Positions 14,714-26,575 of a stretch of 64,000 nucleotides of DNA are shown piece by piece. Each line of letters opens with the position of its first letter. Positions within the stretch are counted from its first letter, which is position 1. This DNA comes from Paraspadella gotoi (Eukaryota > Animalia > Chaetognatha): NCBI GenBank assembly GCA_051294375.1, contig CM119264.1, forward strand, positions 11,569,832 through 11,633,831, written 5' to 3'. Made by a program: the position numbers and the translations under genes. Below the pieces are notes generated by a model. It was not told the DNA's origin. It did not search any database and saw only the letters and a list, made by a program, of their open reading frames with translations.

Positions 14714-14864
14714 GAAACGCGAGGTTAGCTGCGCCTCTTTCCTTATAAAGATATCCGCTGCTTCGATGTTTTAGGGTAAGTTACGAGAAAAGGTGCGGAC
14801 GCAACCTCGACTCGCGTTTCCTTACCTCGCGGCTTACCCGAGGATATCGAGTTTCGATGCAGCG
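14714..14864 (+). other. Long imperfect stem-loop with a second, interleaved helix (candidate structured RNA or decayed inverted repeat)
   Basis: 14762-14787 pairs with 14826-14851 at 24/26 positions, 6 of them G-U. CGCTGC/GCAGCG extends the stem. GAAACGCGAG (14714-23) is the exact complement of CTCGCGTTTC (14811-20), which lies inside the loop. Confidence 0.45.
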
Positions 14865-15258
14865 AATTTTATTTTAACGATAAATTCGAGGGGCGACCTC
14901 GGAAGAGTTTTTGCGCGTGCGCAGTGATCCGTAGCTGTCTCTTCTGGAGAGGAGGTGTCGAAGGAAGACGGGAGGAATTGAAAGGAAGGAAGATAGAAGT
15001 TGATTCGGGAGGGAGGTGAGGTTGGTAAAGGGAGGTGAGGTTGGTAAAGTTAAAAAAGTAGATCCTTTTCAATGACGCCTCAACGTGGGAATGTATCACG
15101 TCATTCGGACGATTTCGGGTGCGTTCCTGTCACAGCAAGGAAAGTTTAAATATCGGGAAAATAGAAGCTTTGATACGAAAGAGAGAGAGAGAGAGAGAGA
15201 GATGAGAGAGAAGAGAGAGAGAGAGAGAGAGAGGAGAGGAGAGAGAGAGAGAGAGGAC

Positions 15259-15290
<32 letters not shown>

Positions 15291-15937
15291 AAGAGAGAGA
15301 GAGAGAACTCTTGGAACCCCGGTTAACTAAGGGGAGGGATAACGCGGCGCGAAATACTCTAGAAAAACTCTGAGAGTCTAGAACGAGGATGGAACGAGAT
15401 GGAATCGGCGGTTAATGGGCGATGACGACGACGACGACGACGACGAGGACGACAACGACGTACTTATGCGATCTGTCGCATGGCGTCGAGGTTGAACTCG
15501 TGGGAGAATCGATCGCTTGACNNNNNNNNNNTGAAAGGAGTGGGAGAGAACGAATAGATGGCGTGGGTGAATGAGAGATGGGCGTGGCTGAGTTGCGAGC
15601 GGCGAAGAGAACGAGAAAAGCTAAGCGGAATGAAATGAAGATATCGCGCCAGACTCGTTGCGGTCGGTGAAAAATAAAATAAAAGGATCGAAACGAAATT
15701 GTTCTTAGTTATTATTGGGCGTTTGATGGTCAAATGGATCGATTGAAAGAAAGGATTTGACGTCAAAACAATCTTAATTCCAAGATCTATATTTTGTTAC
15801 AACAAAGAAAAGTGTATACTGTCTTTATCACATTATCTACGCAAAACTAAATTACTTAAAGAGTAGAGACGAAGCCGAGTTGAATCGAAGAATGCGTATA
15901 ACCGCGAGGGTGGATGTCTCGGAGGTGCGAGAGCGGC

Positions 15938-16058
15938 CCGCGGAGGTGCCCGCGGAGGTGCCCGCGGAGGTGCCCGCGGAGGTGCCCGCGGAGGTGCCCG
16001 CGGAGGTGCCCGCGGAGGTGCCCGCGGAGGTGCCCGCGGAGGTGCCCGCGGAGGTGCC
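15938..16058. repeat. Perfect 12-bp tandem repeat (CCCGCGGAGGTG) x10
   Basis: Read directly from the sequence. It translates as (PAEV)n, (RRCP)n, (SAGT)n or (HLRG)n depending on frame. Confidence 0.95.
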
Positions 16059-16165
16059 GCCGCCCATCGCGCGCCAAAGAAAGGAGTTGCGAAGTGGAGT
16101 CAAGGCGAAAGTGATGAATGTCTTCGACTAATGACTTGGACTCAATCAAGTCTCCGGCAGTCGTT

Positions 16166-16217
<52 letters not shown>

Positions 16218-16550
16218 CACACACTTTGTCTTTCTCTACGTCACCTCTCTTTTTCTCTTTGTTCCTTTTATTTTCTCTTGTTCTATTCTTGTTCCCTTCT
16301 TTTCCTTTCCCGACTTCTTCTCTCGTTTGTCAAGCGACGTCGAACAGATAAAGTTCCTTTCCTTTTTTTCCCTTATTTTTGTTTCTACTACGATCTTCAA
16401 TACATTTAAACCAATGTTAAAAACGCGTGATTTTATTTGTATCGATATTTAAGCGAAAAATATTAAAAGACACATGATTAAAACACATCACTCCACTGGA
16501 CCATCCCCAACGCACTCTTTCACTCCGCCAAACCACACCCCGTCTCCCTT

Positions 16551-16873
16551 TCACCACTTGAAACACTCCACCCCAACGTCCTCCACGTGACCGCAGTCGT
16601 GATCTCCCCACGAGTTGCGCGCGCAATCTTCGATCGTTCGTTCGTCTCCATCGCACTCGAGCTGATCGACCCAGACGGGACCCGATCCTGGGCCGAAGAC
16701 CTCGGGATCGAGTGCCACGCCCCTAGCGAATCCCAACATCCGGCAGACGACGGTGGCGTCCGCGTTGCCGAAGGCGTCGTCGCAAACAGTGCCGAATTCT
16801 CCGTCGTGGAGAATGGCGACGCGACCGGAAGTGGTGCCACCGCCCAGGAGGCGCACCTCTTTCGTTCCGACGC
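16551..16873 (-). CDS. Terminal exon encoding a group A scavenger receptor cysteine-rich (SRCR) domain; exon 3 of the CBM14-SRCR gene
   Basis: VRLLGG..SGRVAILHDGEFGTVCDDAF...ATVVCRMLGF...FGPGSGPVWVDQLECDGDERTIEDC..NSWGDHDCGHVEDVGVEC has the typical SRCR motifs and 6 Cys. TGA at 16551-53; AATAAA on - at 16432-37. The acceptor is uncertain: exon starts at 16873 or 16858 are both phase-1 compatible. Confidence 0.93.
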
Positions 16874-17214
16874 CTCATGACCGGGCGGAGGGGTTTGCGA
16901 AAAGGATGGATTGATTTATTGATCGATCGGTTTTATTTTTTTTCTTTCGTTTTCTTTTTTTTTACTTTTCTTTAAAAAAAAAATAATATTCTTAATTGTT
17001 ATTTGATTAATTAATCGTTATGTTTTATCTCTCTTTTCGTTGTATTTTTGTAATTAATGAAAAACGACAATTTTAATGGCTTTAACAACGATTGTTCAAA
17101 AAAAAAAAATCATTAAAATTGTCGTTTTTCATTGATTAATCTTGACTTAATCTTTACTAAGGACGAGGACTGCAATCTCTTCACAATCACGAAGATTGAA
17201 GAACTTGACCCACA

Positions 17215-17400
17215 AACAATTTGACAAACACAATTTGACAAATTTGACAAATTTGACAAATTTGACAAATTTGACAAATTTGACAAATTGACAAATTGAC
17301 AAATTTGACAAATTTGACAAATTTGACAAATTTGACAAACACAATTTGACAAACACAAACACAAACAACTTGACCNNNNNNNNNNTTGACCCACAAACAA
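17215..17400. repeat. Intronic 9-bp tandem repeat (TTTGACAAA)n with a 10-N gap
   Basis: Read directly from the sequence. The unit is a near-palindrome (reverse complement TTTGTCAAA). Confidence 0.9.
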
Positions 17401-17413
17401 TTTGCTCTCCTAC

Positions 17414-17614
17414 CCGAATTCAGATGGCATCCGGCGACCCGAGGGCTTTCGCATCTTTCCGACACTCGGTCCCAATGCAGCCAACCCGGGCACCACATCG
17501 TCGTCAGCCTCTGAGAGGGCGTCTCGAAAAATTCGCAGACGAAATACGCGCTGCAGTCTGGGTGGGGAAAGGTTTCGCCATCGTAGTTGCAGGACGGGAG
17601 ATAAGGCGGACGAG
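17414..17614 (-). CDS. Exon 2: chitin-binding type 2 (CBM14/peritrophin-A) domain
   Basis: Translates as RPPYLPSCNYDGETFPHPDCSAYFVCEFFETPSQRLTTMWCPGWLHWDRVSERCESPRVAGCHLNS, with 6 Cys and the HPDCxxYFxC...CPxxLxWD....C pattern. Acceptor AATCAG|, donor |GTAGGA, 201 nt, phase 1-1. Confidence 0.88.
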
Positions 17615-17929
17615 CTGATTCGAGAATGAGACAAGTTGAGAAGGCAAGTTAGAAAATTATATTTGTTGTATCTCGACTCGGTTCTTTCTCTTCTTTATTT
17701 GCGCCGCGAGTACTCGCGGGCAAAAAAATGTTTTTTAGCCATGTCATGTCATGTCATATCATGTGATTAAAAGGGAAATACACGTCAAAATAATGTCACT
17801 GCGGCGCAACTCATTGGAATTACCGTTTTTGTTTTTTAAAAAAAAATAGTTTTTTAAAAAAATTCTTCTTAAATTTTACACAGCAATATTTTTACAGGGT
17901 AAATTGAAAAATGATTAAATACTACTCAC

Positions 17930-18032
17930 GGTAACTGTTAGTAAATCGTATGAAGGAGAAGGCGAAAAGGATAAATAGCGAATGATTTGTTGGTGAAATC
18001 TTGAAGAAAAAAAGGAAAAGAACGTTGATCAT
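17930..18032 (-). CDS. Exon 1: hydrophobic signal peptide or anchor of the CBM14-SRCR gene
   Basis: ATG at 18032 gives MINVLFLFFFKISPTNHSLFILFAFSFIRFTNSY, ending at a consensus phase-1 donor C|GTGAGT that joins exon 2 in frame. Confidence 0.65.
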
Positions 18033-18880
18033 TTTGATATTTTTTTTTTCCACTCTCGTCTCGTCTGACGCATTTAATTTAGTTCATAGACATAATTTTG
18101 TGTTGATTTGCGAACCGAATGGCAACCACTCTTTTGTTTTCCTGTTCAAAGATCGTTACAAAGTTTCGATCGCTACCCAATAGAATAGAGTACATTATAC
18201 ATTATACAATATACAATGTGCCCTGGTGATGTAACTTTGCCCGAAGGGAGGAATGATTGACTCGCGGTCCGAATGTAAATGAGTCATTTCGGCCAAAAAA
18301 GACTCCGTCCCAAAGAGAAGCCTGCAGAACCTCATTTGATATTCATAAATTTGTCGTCGTTGTCGTTTTCGTCGGCGTCTTCGCTCGGATCCTGCCCCAC
18401 ATTTCGAACCCGTCTTCTTGCCCCCCTCGAAGCACACCCTCCCCCAAAGTCAGGGTCAGGATTGTACAGTCGGTCGATGGTTGAGTCTTGATACTAAACG
18501 GATCTCGATGAGTTGATGACGAGATTTAGCCATGATGTAGCCATGATGTAGCCATGATGATGTAGCCAAGATAAGGCAAATCAGATTGACATGCTCTGAT
18601 TGTATATTATTCAACCTAAAAATAAACAAGATTAATTTGGCATACAAATCGATTGCAATTCGTTGAAAAAATGTGGAAAACTCGTGTCCCATTCAAACGT
18701 AACTCAGTTTTGTGAAAAACGAAGTCTGAAAGACGAAGAGAACGATTATCAACTCGAATGTGTCGCTGAAAAATCATCAAAACGGAAATGAAAATAGACG
18801 GCGCCCCTTCTACGTCTAGAACTATGGACGAGAGAGAGAGAGAGGACTGAAGAGAGAGAGGAGAGGAGAGACGAGAGAGA

Positions 18881-18939
<59 letters not shown>

Positions 18940-19025
18940 TAATTCTGTGTTTGAATTCCCCTCCGATCGTTTCAACAGTTTTATCGCCGTTTTTTCCTTT
19001 TTCGAATGAGAGAGGAGAGAGAGAG

Positions 19026-19069
<44 letters not shown>

Positions 19070-20484
19070 GACGAGAGAGAGAGAGAGAGAAGAGGAGAGA
19101 GAGCAGACGACATTGGCGGTGGTGACTTCAAGTAGGGTGATGTTGGTGGTCGAGGGTAATGGGTGGGCGGAGTCGGAGACTTAGGGGTCATGAGTGGGTG
19201 GAGTCGATGGGTGTCTGGGTCGCTTGGTGTGGCGGGTTTAATGTGAATCGGAGGGCCGAGAGGGGAAGTCGAAGATGGGGGGAGGGGGGTGAGATGTGTG
19301 AGGGGAGGAAAAGCGAGAGTTTCATTTCGTTCCCCTCACTTTCGAAAAAAAAAAGCGAAGCGTCCTTTTATCGCGGTTTCGCAGCTTGGGACGAGGAGGA
19401 GGAGGAAGCCGCCGCCGCCGCCCGCCGCCGCGCCGCCCACGCCACCGCCGCCACCGCGCCCTTTCCAGCAACCGCCGCCATTCGCTGCCGCCCTCCACCG
19501 CCCTCCACCGCCCACGTCGTCGGCGGAATGGAATCATGCGGTTCCATATCGTGTTTATGCGACTGGGAACGAAATGTGGGCGAAAGACGTTCGGGTCCTG
19601 AGCGGAAAAAGGGTAAGAGAGGGGTGAACCTGGCGTGGTGAAGGACTCAAGGTGGGGTAGTTACGATAAGTGTGCAGAAGTGAGGATTCTAAGAAGTGAA
19701 ATTGGTGATAATTGTAGGGCGAATAACAATCTAAAATGGTGAATATTAAATTGTGTACTTTAAATCCGTGAATCCTGTTGGGAATTTTTGTGAAATGTGA
19801 GAGGATTTATATTTCCGAAAGGTGAAAATTGTGCTCTTTAAATATAGATATTTAATGGTTAATGCAGATGGTTGAATCCTGAGATAATAGAAAAAGGTTT
19901 AGATCTTTTTACTTTTTCATTTGCTTCCTCATGGAAATCGAAATTTCGTAAAAAACCGATAAAGGGACGGAGGAAAATTGGGGAATTCACTCTTTTCACT
20001 ATTTACTCAGTAAATACTTATTACTTTTGAAAGAAATAATTTTTTTTTTTTCAAATAAGGAGATAATCGGCAAAAATGAAATCTCAAAAGCTATTCTTAA
20101 AAACAATGAGTCCGAAAACTCCTTTATTGTCAAGAATAACGTGTCAAAAAAGGTTTCGCCTTCTCGGTGAAAACACGAAGACAATGGCAAAGGATGTCCC
20201 ATAACATTGAAATCTCAAAGTCGACGCTTGTCACGACGACGGCGACAGACTGGTCTCCAAACGAACCCGCAAAGCCAAACCAGTGACCTCGCTACACGAA
20301 AACAACTACGTCAAGCTCAGAGGTCAGATGGAAAGCATGAAAGGAAAAATAAACGAGCGCAAAACGTCTCGTTCCAACCTCGTTTTTCCTTTTTTCATTC
20401 CCTTTTTTTTTTTCATTCGCCACTCCCTCGTTTCGCCGTCGCCTTCGCTTTCGATCTCGTGAGCAGAAAAGTAGGCTAAACGCG

Positions 20485-20524
<40 letters not shown>

Positions 20525-23254
20525 CGCCGCCTCCGCCGCCGTCTCTTGGAGCACGGAAGCGGAGAAGGCGATCGACGCTCGACATCCGGTCGCCCATTCC
20601 TTCCACCCGGTCGCCGCGCACGAGCGCATTCCGAAGGCGTGCCGCCGCCGGAAATGGGGTCACTGGGGCGAAGAAAAAAAGGGGATGCTCGTCGGGCCTG
20701 AAGAGGGTCCGCGCTCTCGCGTCGATGAACCTTTTCGTTGTTATAGACGTCGTTGTCGTCGTCGTCGACGTCGTCGTCTCCATTCCGATCGAAACAAAAG
20801 AGCACATGTTCGACACGTCGTCTTTGACACGAAAAGAAACGATGATCGGCCAATTAGCAATCGCACCTCGTACGAAGACCAGGTTGTTAAGATACCATCG
20901 GTACTAAGGACATTAAGCCGGGGACGGAGATAATAAAAACGTTATCACTGCTAACGACATTAGGTCCCAGGGCCATTTACATACGGCGACGAATCGAAGG
21001 GGGTCCCGCCGAACGGATCCACGAGCTTCCACTTTTATCCCACTTTTCGAATCATTAGAGATTATGACAATTACTCTTTTTGGAGGGAAGGGAGACAGAG
21101 AGGAGTGTGGTAAGAGAGGGGAGGGGGAGATGACAAAGGAGACAGGTTTGTGTAAAAGAGGGTCTTAATAATAGGAGGGACAGCGATTAAGACGAAAAGA
21201 AAAAAAAAAGAAAGAATAGGAAGAATCTTTAAATAAAGAAGAGAACTTGAATCAATTCATCTTTTTATTACAAGATTGAGAAGCCTTTCTGTGACACCCC
21301 GGTTTTTTTTTAGAGTTTAACCTTCTCACCTCGACACTTCCTCGGCATCTTTGGGGGAAGTGAACGACAAGAAACCCGAGCGGCGTGAAATGACGCCGAC
21401 GGCGACCTAGAACCAAACGCCGCGCTCGAGCCTCGAGATTTGGGGAACCAAAAAAGTGGGAACTAATTGATGAGATTGAAAGGAAAGAAAGGCCTTGTTC
21501 TTTTGTTGAACTCTGAGATAGAACCGTAGAAAAGACCTTTCAATAGAGAGTGCGAAAAAGAAGGGTACGAAACAAATTCATGTAGATTATAGCGGATTTT
21601 AAGAAAAATAGTCTAAGAATGACACGAAAAGAAACTTATTGAATAAGATGGAAAGGAAGGCGACCAAAAATAAAAAAAGGAAAGAAACAAGGAAATCAGC
21701 GGGAGAAAGGAAATATAAATAAAAAGCTGAGAAGTAAACGAAGAGAAAGAAAGAAAATGGATGCGGATCCCTGGAGAGAAAAAAAAAGAAAGGAGAGAAG
21801 AAAGAGGGATGAAAAGAAAGGGAAGAACATACATCTCAGCTGAATTGGACTGTGGGGGGGGGGACTGTGCGGGGGGCAGGACTGGGCGGAAAGACAGTAC
21901 AGACATTGAGATTCGAATCGTCTCCGTCGCCGTCGCGCGTCGTTCGTCGTCGTCGTCGTCGTCGTTTTATATTGAGTTAGTTTTACATGATTCTTTGTAT
22001 AATTTCGTATCTGGACAGACGCCAGTCACTCAATTCGGAACATTCTTCTCGTTGAACCGCGAAGCTTTCTTCTTTCTCTGTCCACTTGCTTACTCTGCTT
22101 ATTTCCATTATTCTCCGAATGTAAATCTCTGTTTGGTCAATAGTCATTGCATTTCCTAATGACCCTAGAAAATTTCAGACATTCGCTGATTTAACTATGC
22201 CCCGCAGTCCCGAGTCTCGGTTCAGTGAAATGGATCTCGTTGCTTGAAAAAGACAGTGACGAGTTTCACATTCCTCTGTCTCGTTATCCTTTTTCCTTTG
22301 TTCTCCCTTCCCCCCCCCATTCTCTCGTTCTCTCTCCTTCCGTTCTCCTCTCTTTTTCCCTCGTCTCGATCTCCCGCCTAATCTCGTTTCCCGTCTTAAT
22401 CCACTTTTTCCCCTGGAGAGAGTTCATGCCGCGTCGGTTGTCGAGTTCACGCCGCCGGTCGTGAGGCTTTTGTCGCCGGCGGCGGTGGCGGCGCCGGCCA
22501 CGTCTAAGGCGGCGGCGTCGGCGGCGTCGGCAGCGTCGGCGGCGTCATCGGCGATGGCGACGAGTGTGGCTTTTCGCCCAAAACCAATTAAATCGCTCTC
22601 CGGAGCCTCTCGCCTCGAATCGCCGAAGAATAAGAAAAGGAGAAGGAAAAAAAAGTTTCATTTAATGATTTCGTTTTGTGACTTTTTTTTTTTTTTAGTT
22701 CGAAACGTAAAAAAAGAAATAAGGGAGAAAGAGCGAAGAAAAATGAGAATCTCATTGATTCGGACTCGATTCGCTCTCGAAACGATCGATTTGGGACAAA
22801 CAACTCGGATTCGTTTCAAAATAAGGATTTCTGATGTGAATCTCATAGAGTCAGTTGGTCCTTTTTTAGCCAGTCTATTGTCTAAGATCAGGATCGAGTT
22901 CCAATGAAGTTGCGAATGATTATCTTTAAATTTACACTTTTAACGTGATAAGTACATTTCTGAGTACTAAAAAGACCGATTCTGATTGGCTCATTCAAAG
23001 CTGGAGTCAACGCTTGAACTTTGTTCTTGCGCCTTCTCGAGCAGCGGCGCAGCACAGCGCAGCTTCGCAGTGTCGCAGCGTCGCAGCGTAGCTCCCTCTC
23101 TGACCAACCGATCGACGGAGGAAGGACTTGTTCACCGTCGCGATCATCGGTTGACAACTCCGCTCGAGTGGAAAATTGTCTTCTGTCAGAGTTGGAGCTC
23201 AAGACCTCATCTCCCTTGGCAATGGTGAGACTGGGGAGAGACGGACGAAAGAGA

Positions 23255-23285
<31 letters not shown>

Positions 23286-23579
23286 CGCTTAGTTTTTCTC
23301 GAAATTATTTCTAGTCCACATTGGAAACCACAACTTTATAGATAATACAGAAAAACATAAATTTATAAAAAATGTTAGTAACATTGACATCCAATCGGAA
23401 GTAACATATGCAGAGTCCAGGCAAAATCAATCCTTTGTAAGAAATGATTAGATTTTCAGATGACAATTTGGGGAGCAGAGAAAAATGATTCCAATCGGAA
23501 AGAATCGAGACTCGCAAACGTGGGGGTGTGGCGGTATATTCACACCGCCTCACGTCCACCATCCTTCAGCCAAATCCAT

Positions 23580-23797
23580 TGGCTCAGAGGGGGAACTCAC
23601 CATCCCAGGCGTAGTGTTCCATCCACAGTCCTAACGATTTCCATCTGCGTTGGCAAAGCGAGACCGTCCTAGGGTAACTGTGCCAGTGACTGGAGGCGTC
23701 ACTGAGGGTCGGAAGCCCCCAAAGCCAACAGTGAGATGCCCCATCCCAATGGGCATCACAGGCAACCCGGCTGTTGCCATAGGGGACACTTTTTTTT
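23580..23797 (+). mobile_element. SINE-like element: tRNA-like head, twister-like ribozyme core, 3' hairpins and oligo-T
   Basis: A-box-like TGGCTCAGAGG (23580-90); B-box-like GTTCCATCC (23616-24); core 23649-23729; hairpins GATGCC/GGCATC and GGCAAC/GTTGCC; T8 at 23790-97. Homologous in layout to 37668-37870(-). Confidence 0.55.
23649..23729 (+). ncRNA. Candidate type-P5 twister ribozyme
   Basis: GUUGGC-AAA-GCGA-GA-CCG-UCCUAGGG-U^AA-CUGU-GC-CAGUGAC-uggaggc-GUCACUG-AGGG-UCGGAAGC-CCCC-AAA-GCCAAC follows the twister order P5, P2', GA+T1, P1, UAA, P2, GC, P3, P4/L4, P5'. L4 CGG can pair with CCG and L4 GC with GC. Confidence 0.6.
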
Positions 23798-24803
23798 GTG
23801 GAAAGGGGGGGATTCAGAGAACAGCGCGTTGGATAAGTTCGGATGAAATGATACCATGGGAAAGTCGATTGCGAGAATTTGCTGAAGGCAACAACCAGGG
23901 CTTCTTTCATATTTAAGGACTCTGCCCTTGGCTCGGTCTTTGATTCCCCACTCGATTCAGATGCGACGCTTCTTTTCTTTTTCTTTCATTCGCAACTCTT
24001 TATTGGCATTTAAGTTAATTTATCGTCTTAAATGATTAAATGAAACAGAATTACGTTGGACTGAGGGCGGAGTGATGTAGAATTTACAACTGTTGCAGCA
24101 GTGGTGCGTCGAGCGCCTTTTATCGGTGGAGACTGGAGAGGGTTAAAGCTTTTTGCTCTGAATATCCCGTCTTGTTTTTTCACTTTTTCAACGTTGATGT
24201 CAAAACAGAATTGAAATCCGAAAGAATAAAAAAAAATTGAAAAANNNNNNNNNNNNNNNNNNNNNNNNNNNNNNNNNNNNNNNNNNNNNNNNNNNNNNNN
24301 NNNNNNNNNNNNNNNNNNNNNNNNNNNNNNNNNNNNNNNNNNNNNNNNNNNNNNNNNNNNNNNNNNNNNNNNNNNNNNNNNNNNNNNNNNNNNNNNNNNN
24401 NNNNNNNNNNNNNNNNNNNNNNNNNNNNNNNNNNNNNNNNNNNNNNNNNNNNNNTCTCTCCCCGATCGAGTCTTTCGTTGTCGAAGGGGCGAGAATCGAG
24501 TGACCGCGAAAATGAAGTGGAAACCTCATTCTCTGCTTACATAATACATTCCGCTTCGTCTCCGTCCTCTTTACATAATACATCGGGGTTGTGATGAAGA
24601 GCCACGCTTCGTTTCAAGAGAGAGAGAGAGAGGGAGAGGGAGAGACAGAGAGAGCGAGATGGAGAAAAAGAGAAAGAGACTAGTCTAGGAACTGGATTCT
24701 TTTCACATGGAAATTCGTTGAAGGGAGAATGAAAAAAACGAGGAATAAAAAACCGAGAGGGACAGGCTCGAAAACCTGTCTTGTATTCTCTCTCTCTCTC
24801 TTA

Positions 24804-24853
<50 letters not shown>

Positions 24854-25669
24854 CTATTTCTTTATCGTCTTTTTGGAATAGGAATCCGAATCCCAAGGCC
24901 ACGAAATACTCAGAGGCTTCGTATCCACCGCAAGAAGATGAGGCTTAAAATTACATTCACTACATTGAGGATAAAATTGTAAGATGCGCTTATTTTCCGA
25001 CTTTCCATTTCGTGAGTCTTTCTCTTCAATCCCTTCTCTAACCACACACGAATTATCGTCTTTTTCAAACTCGCACCCATTACTTAATTTTTTTTTCCCT
25101 TTCGGTCTATTTTTCCTTTTCAGTCTTTATCCTCAGACTAATTCACTCTCAAGTCTTTTAATCTCCTTCCTATATTCTCTTTNNNNNNNNNNNNNNNNNN
25201 NNNNNNNNNNNNNNNNNNNNNNNNNNNNNNNNNNNNNNNNNNNNNNNNNNNNNNNNNNNNNNNNNNNNNNNNNNNNNNNNNNNNNNNNNNNNNNNNNNNN
25301 NNNNNNNNNNNNNNNNNNNNNNNNNNNNNNNNNNNNNNNNNNNNNNNNNNNNNNNNNNNNNNNNNNNNNNNNNNNNNNNNNNNNNNNNNNNNNNNNNNNN
25401 NNNNNNNNNNNNNNNNNNNNNNNNNNNNNNNNNNNNNNNNNNNNNNNNNNNNNNNNNNNNNNNNNNNNNNNNNNNNNNNNNNNNNNNNNNNNNNNNNNNN
25501 NNNNNNNNNNNNNNNNNNNNNNNNNNNNNNNNNNNNNNNNNNNNNNNNNNNNNNNNNNNNNNNNNNNNNNNNNNNNNNNNNNNNNNNNNNNNNNNNNNNN
25601 NNNNNNNNNNNNNNNNNNNNNNNNNNNNNNNNNNNNNNNNNNNNNNNNNNNNNNNNNNNNNNNNNNNNN

Positions 25670-25706
<37 letters not shown>

Positions 25707-26411
25707 CTGTCGAATTCACAAGGGATAACCAAGAACATTTTTTAACATGCCACTCGGTAAAGGGGTAAGACGAAAGTTCGTTAACCTAGTATTCGATTAA
25801 TTAACCCTGCATCATCGAATAAGAATTAAATATAAATATGTCGACAACAACATATACAAGTTTTCGCACGAAGAGGGAATCGATGGAATTTCCGCATCGC
25901 CCAATAATTATTCCCAATTATTGATGCGACAATAACCGCAACAACATCCCTCTTTTTGTTACCCGCCTCCTTCCCACTGCCAAGCCATCATGGCGTCCGT
26001 TCGCCGCCGCACCGCCGCCGCCGCCGCACCGCCACCGCCGTCGCCGCCGCCACCGACGCGCGAAACCTCGGTTTTTGATTGAATCGGAATCCTTTCATAA
26101 CCGAAAATCCTTCACGCCGCTCCGGCGGCCGTTCGCCATCATCCGACGCCGTCTCCACAGCCGCCAGCGCAACGACCGCCCGGTCCATCCTCAATTTTCC
26201 GTCCACTCGTTCACCCTCATCCACTTCGTCTCCACCCTCTCCCCCCTCTCGGCCCCCCCTCCATTGCTGGCTTAGTCGAGATCATTAGAAGACGAAAACG
26301 AAGAAAGAATCTGACGAGATTCCATTCGACGCCGAATCATCATTCTCTCGGAAGGACGACTTTTTTTTTTTGGTCGATGTCGTTTCTGGTCAAAGTTTAG
26401 CAAATCGCCGT

Positions 26412-26575
26412 TCGACCAGTCGCCATTTCGTCATTAGCGTATTTGCCATCCGCTCGACCAGTCGCCATTTCGTCATTAGCGTATTTGCCATCTGTTCGAC
26501 CAGTCGCCATTTCGTCATTAGCGTATTTGCCATCCATTCGACCAGTCGCCATTTCGTCATTAGCGTATTTGCCAA
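26412..26575. repeat. 42-bp minisatellite, ~4 copies
   Basis: TCGACCAGTCGCCATTTCGTCATTAGCGTATTTGCCATC+NNN starts at 26412, 26454, 26496 and 26538, with no unique spacers. Confidence 0.95.

Noticed and set aside
14660-14740. Telomerase RNA (CTAACCT template-like plus pseudoknot on - strand)
   Set aside because: The template is too short to be diagnostic, there are no U-rich triple-helix loops, and the G-U pairing favours the + strand.
23584-23916. 108-aa and 88-aa ORFs
   Set aside because: No protein family recognised; the region is better explained by the SINE/twister-like RNA element.
26412-26575. CRISPR-like array
   Set aside because: The 42-bp units are contiguous with only 3 variable bases. 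There are no spacers and no cas genes, and the context is eukaryotic.
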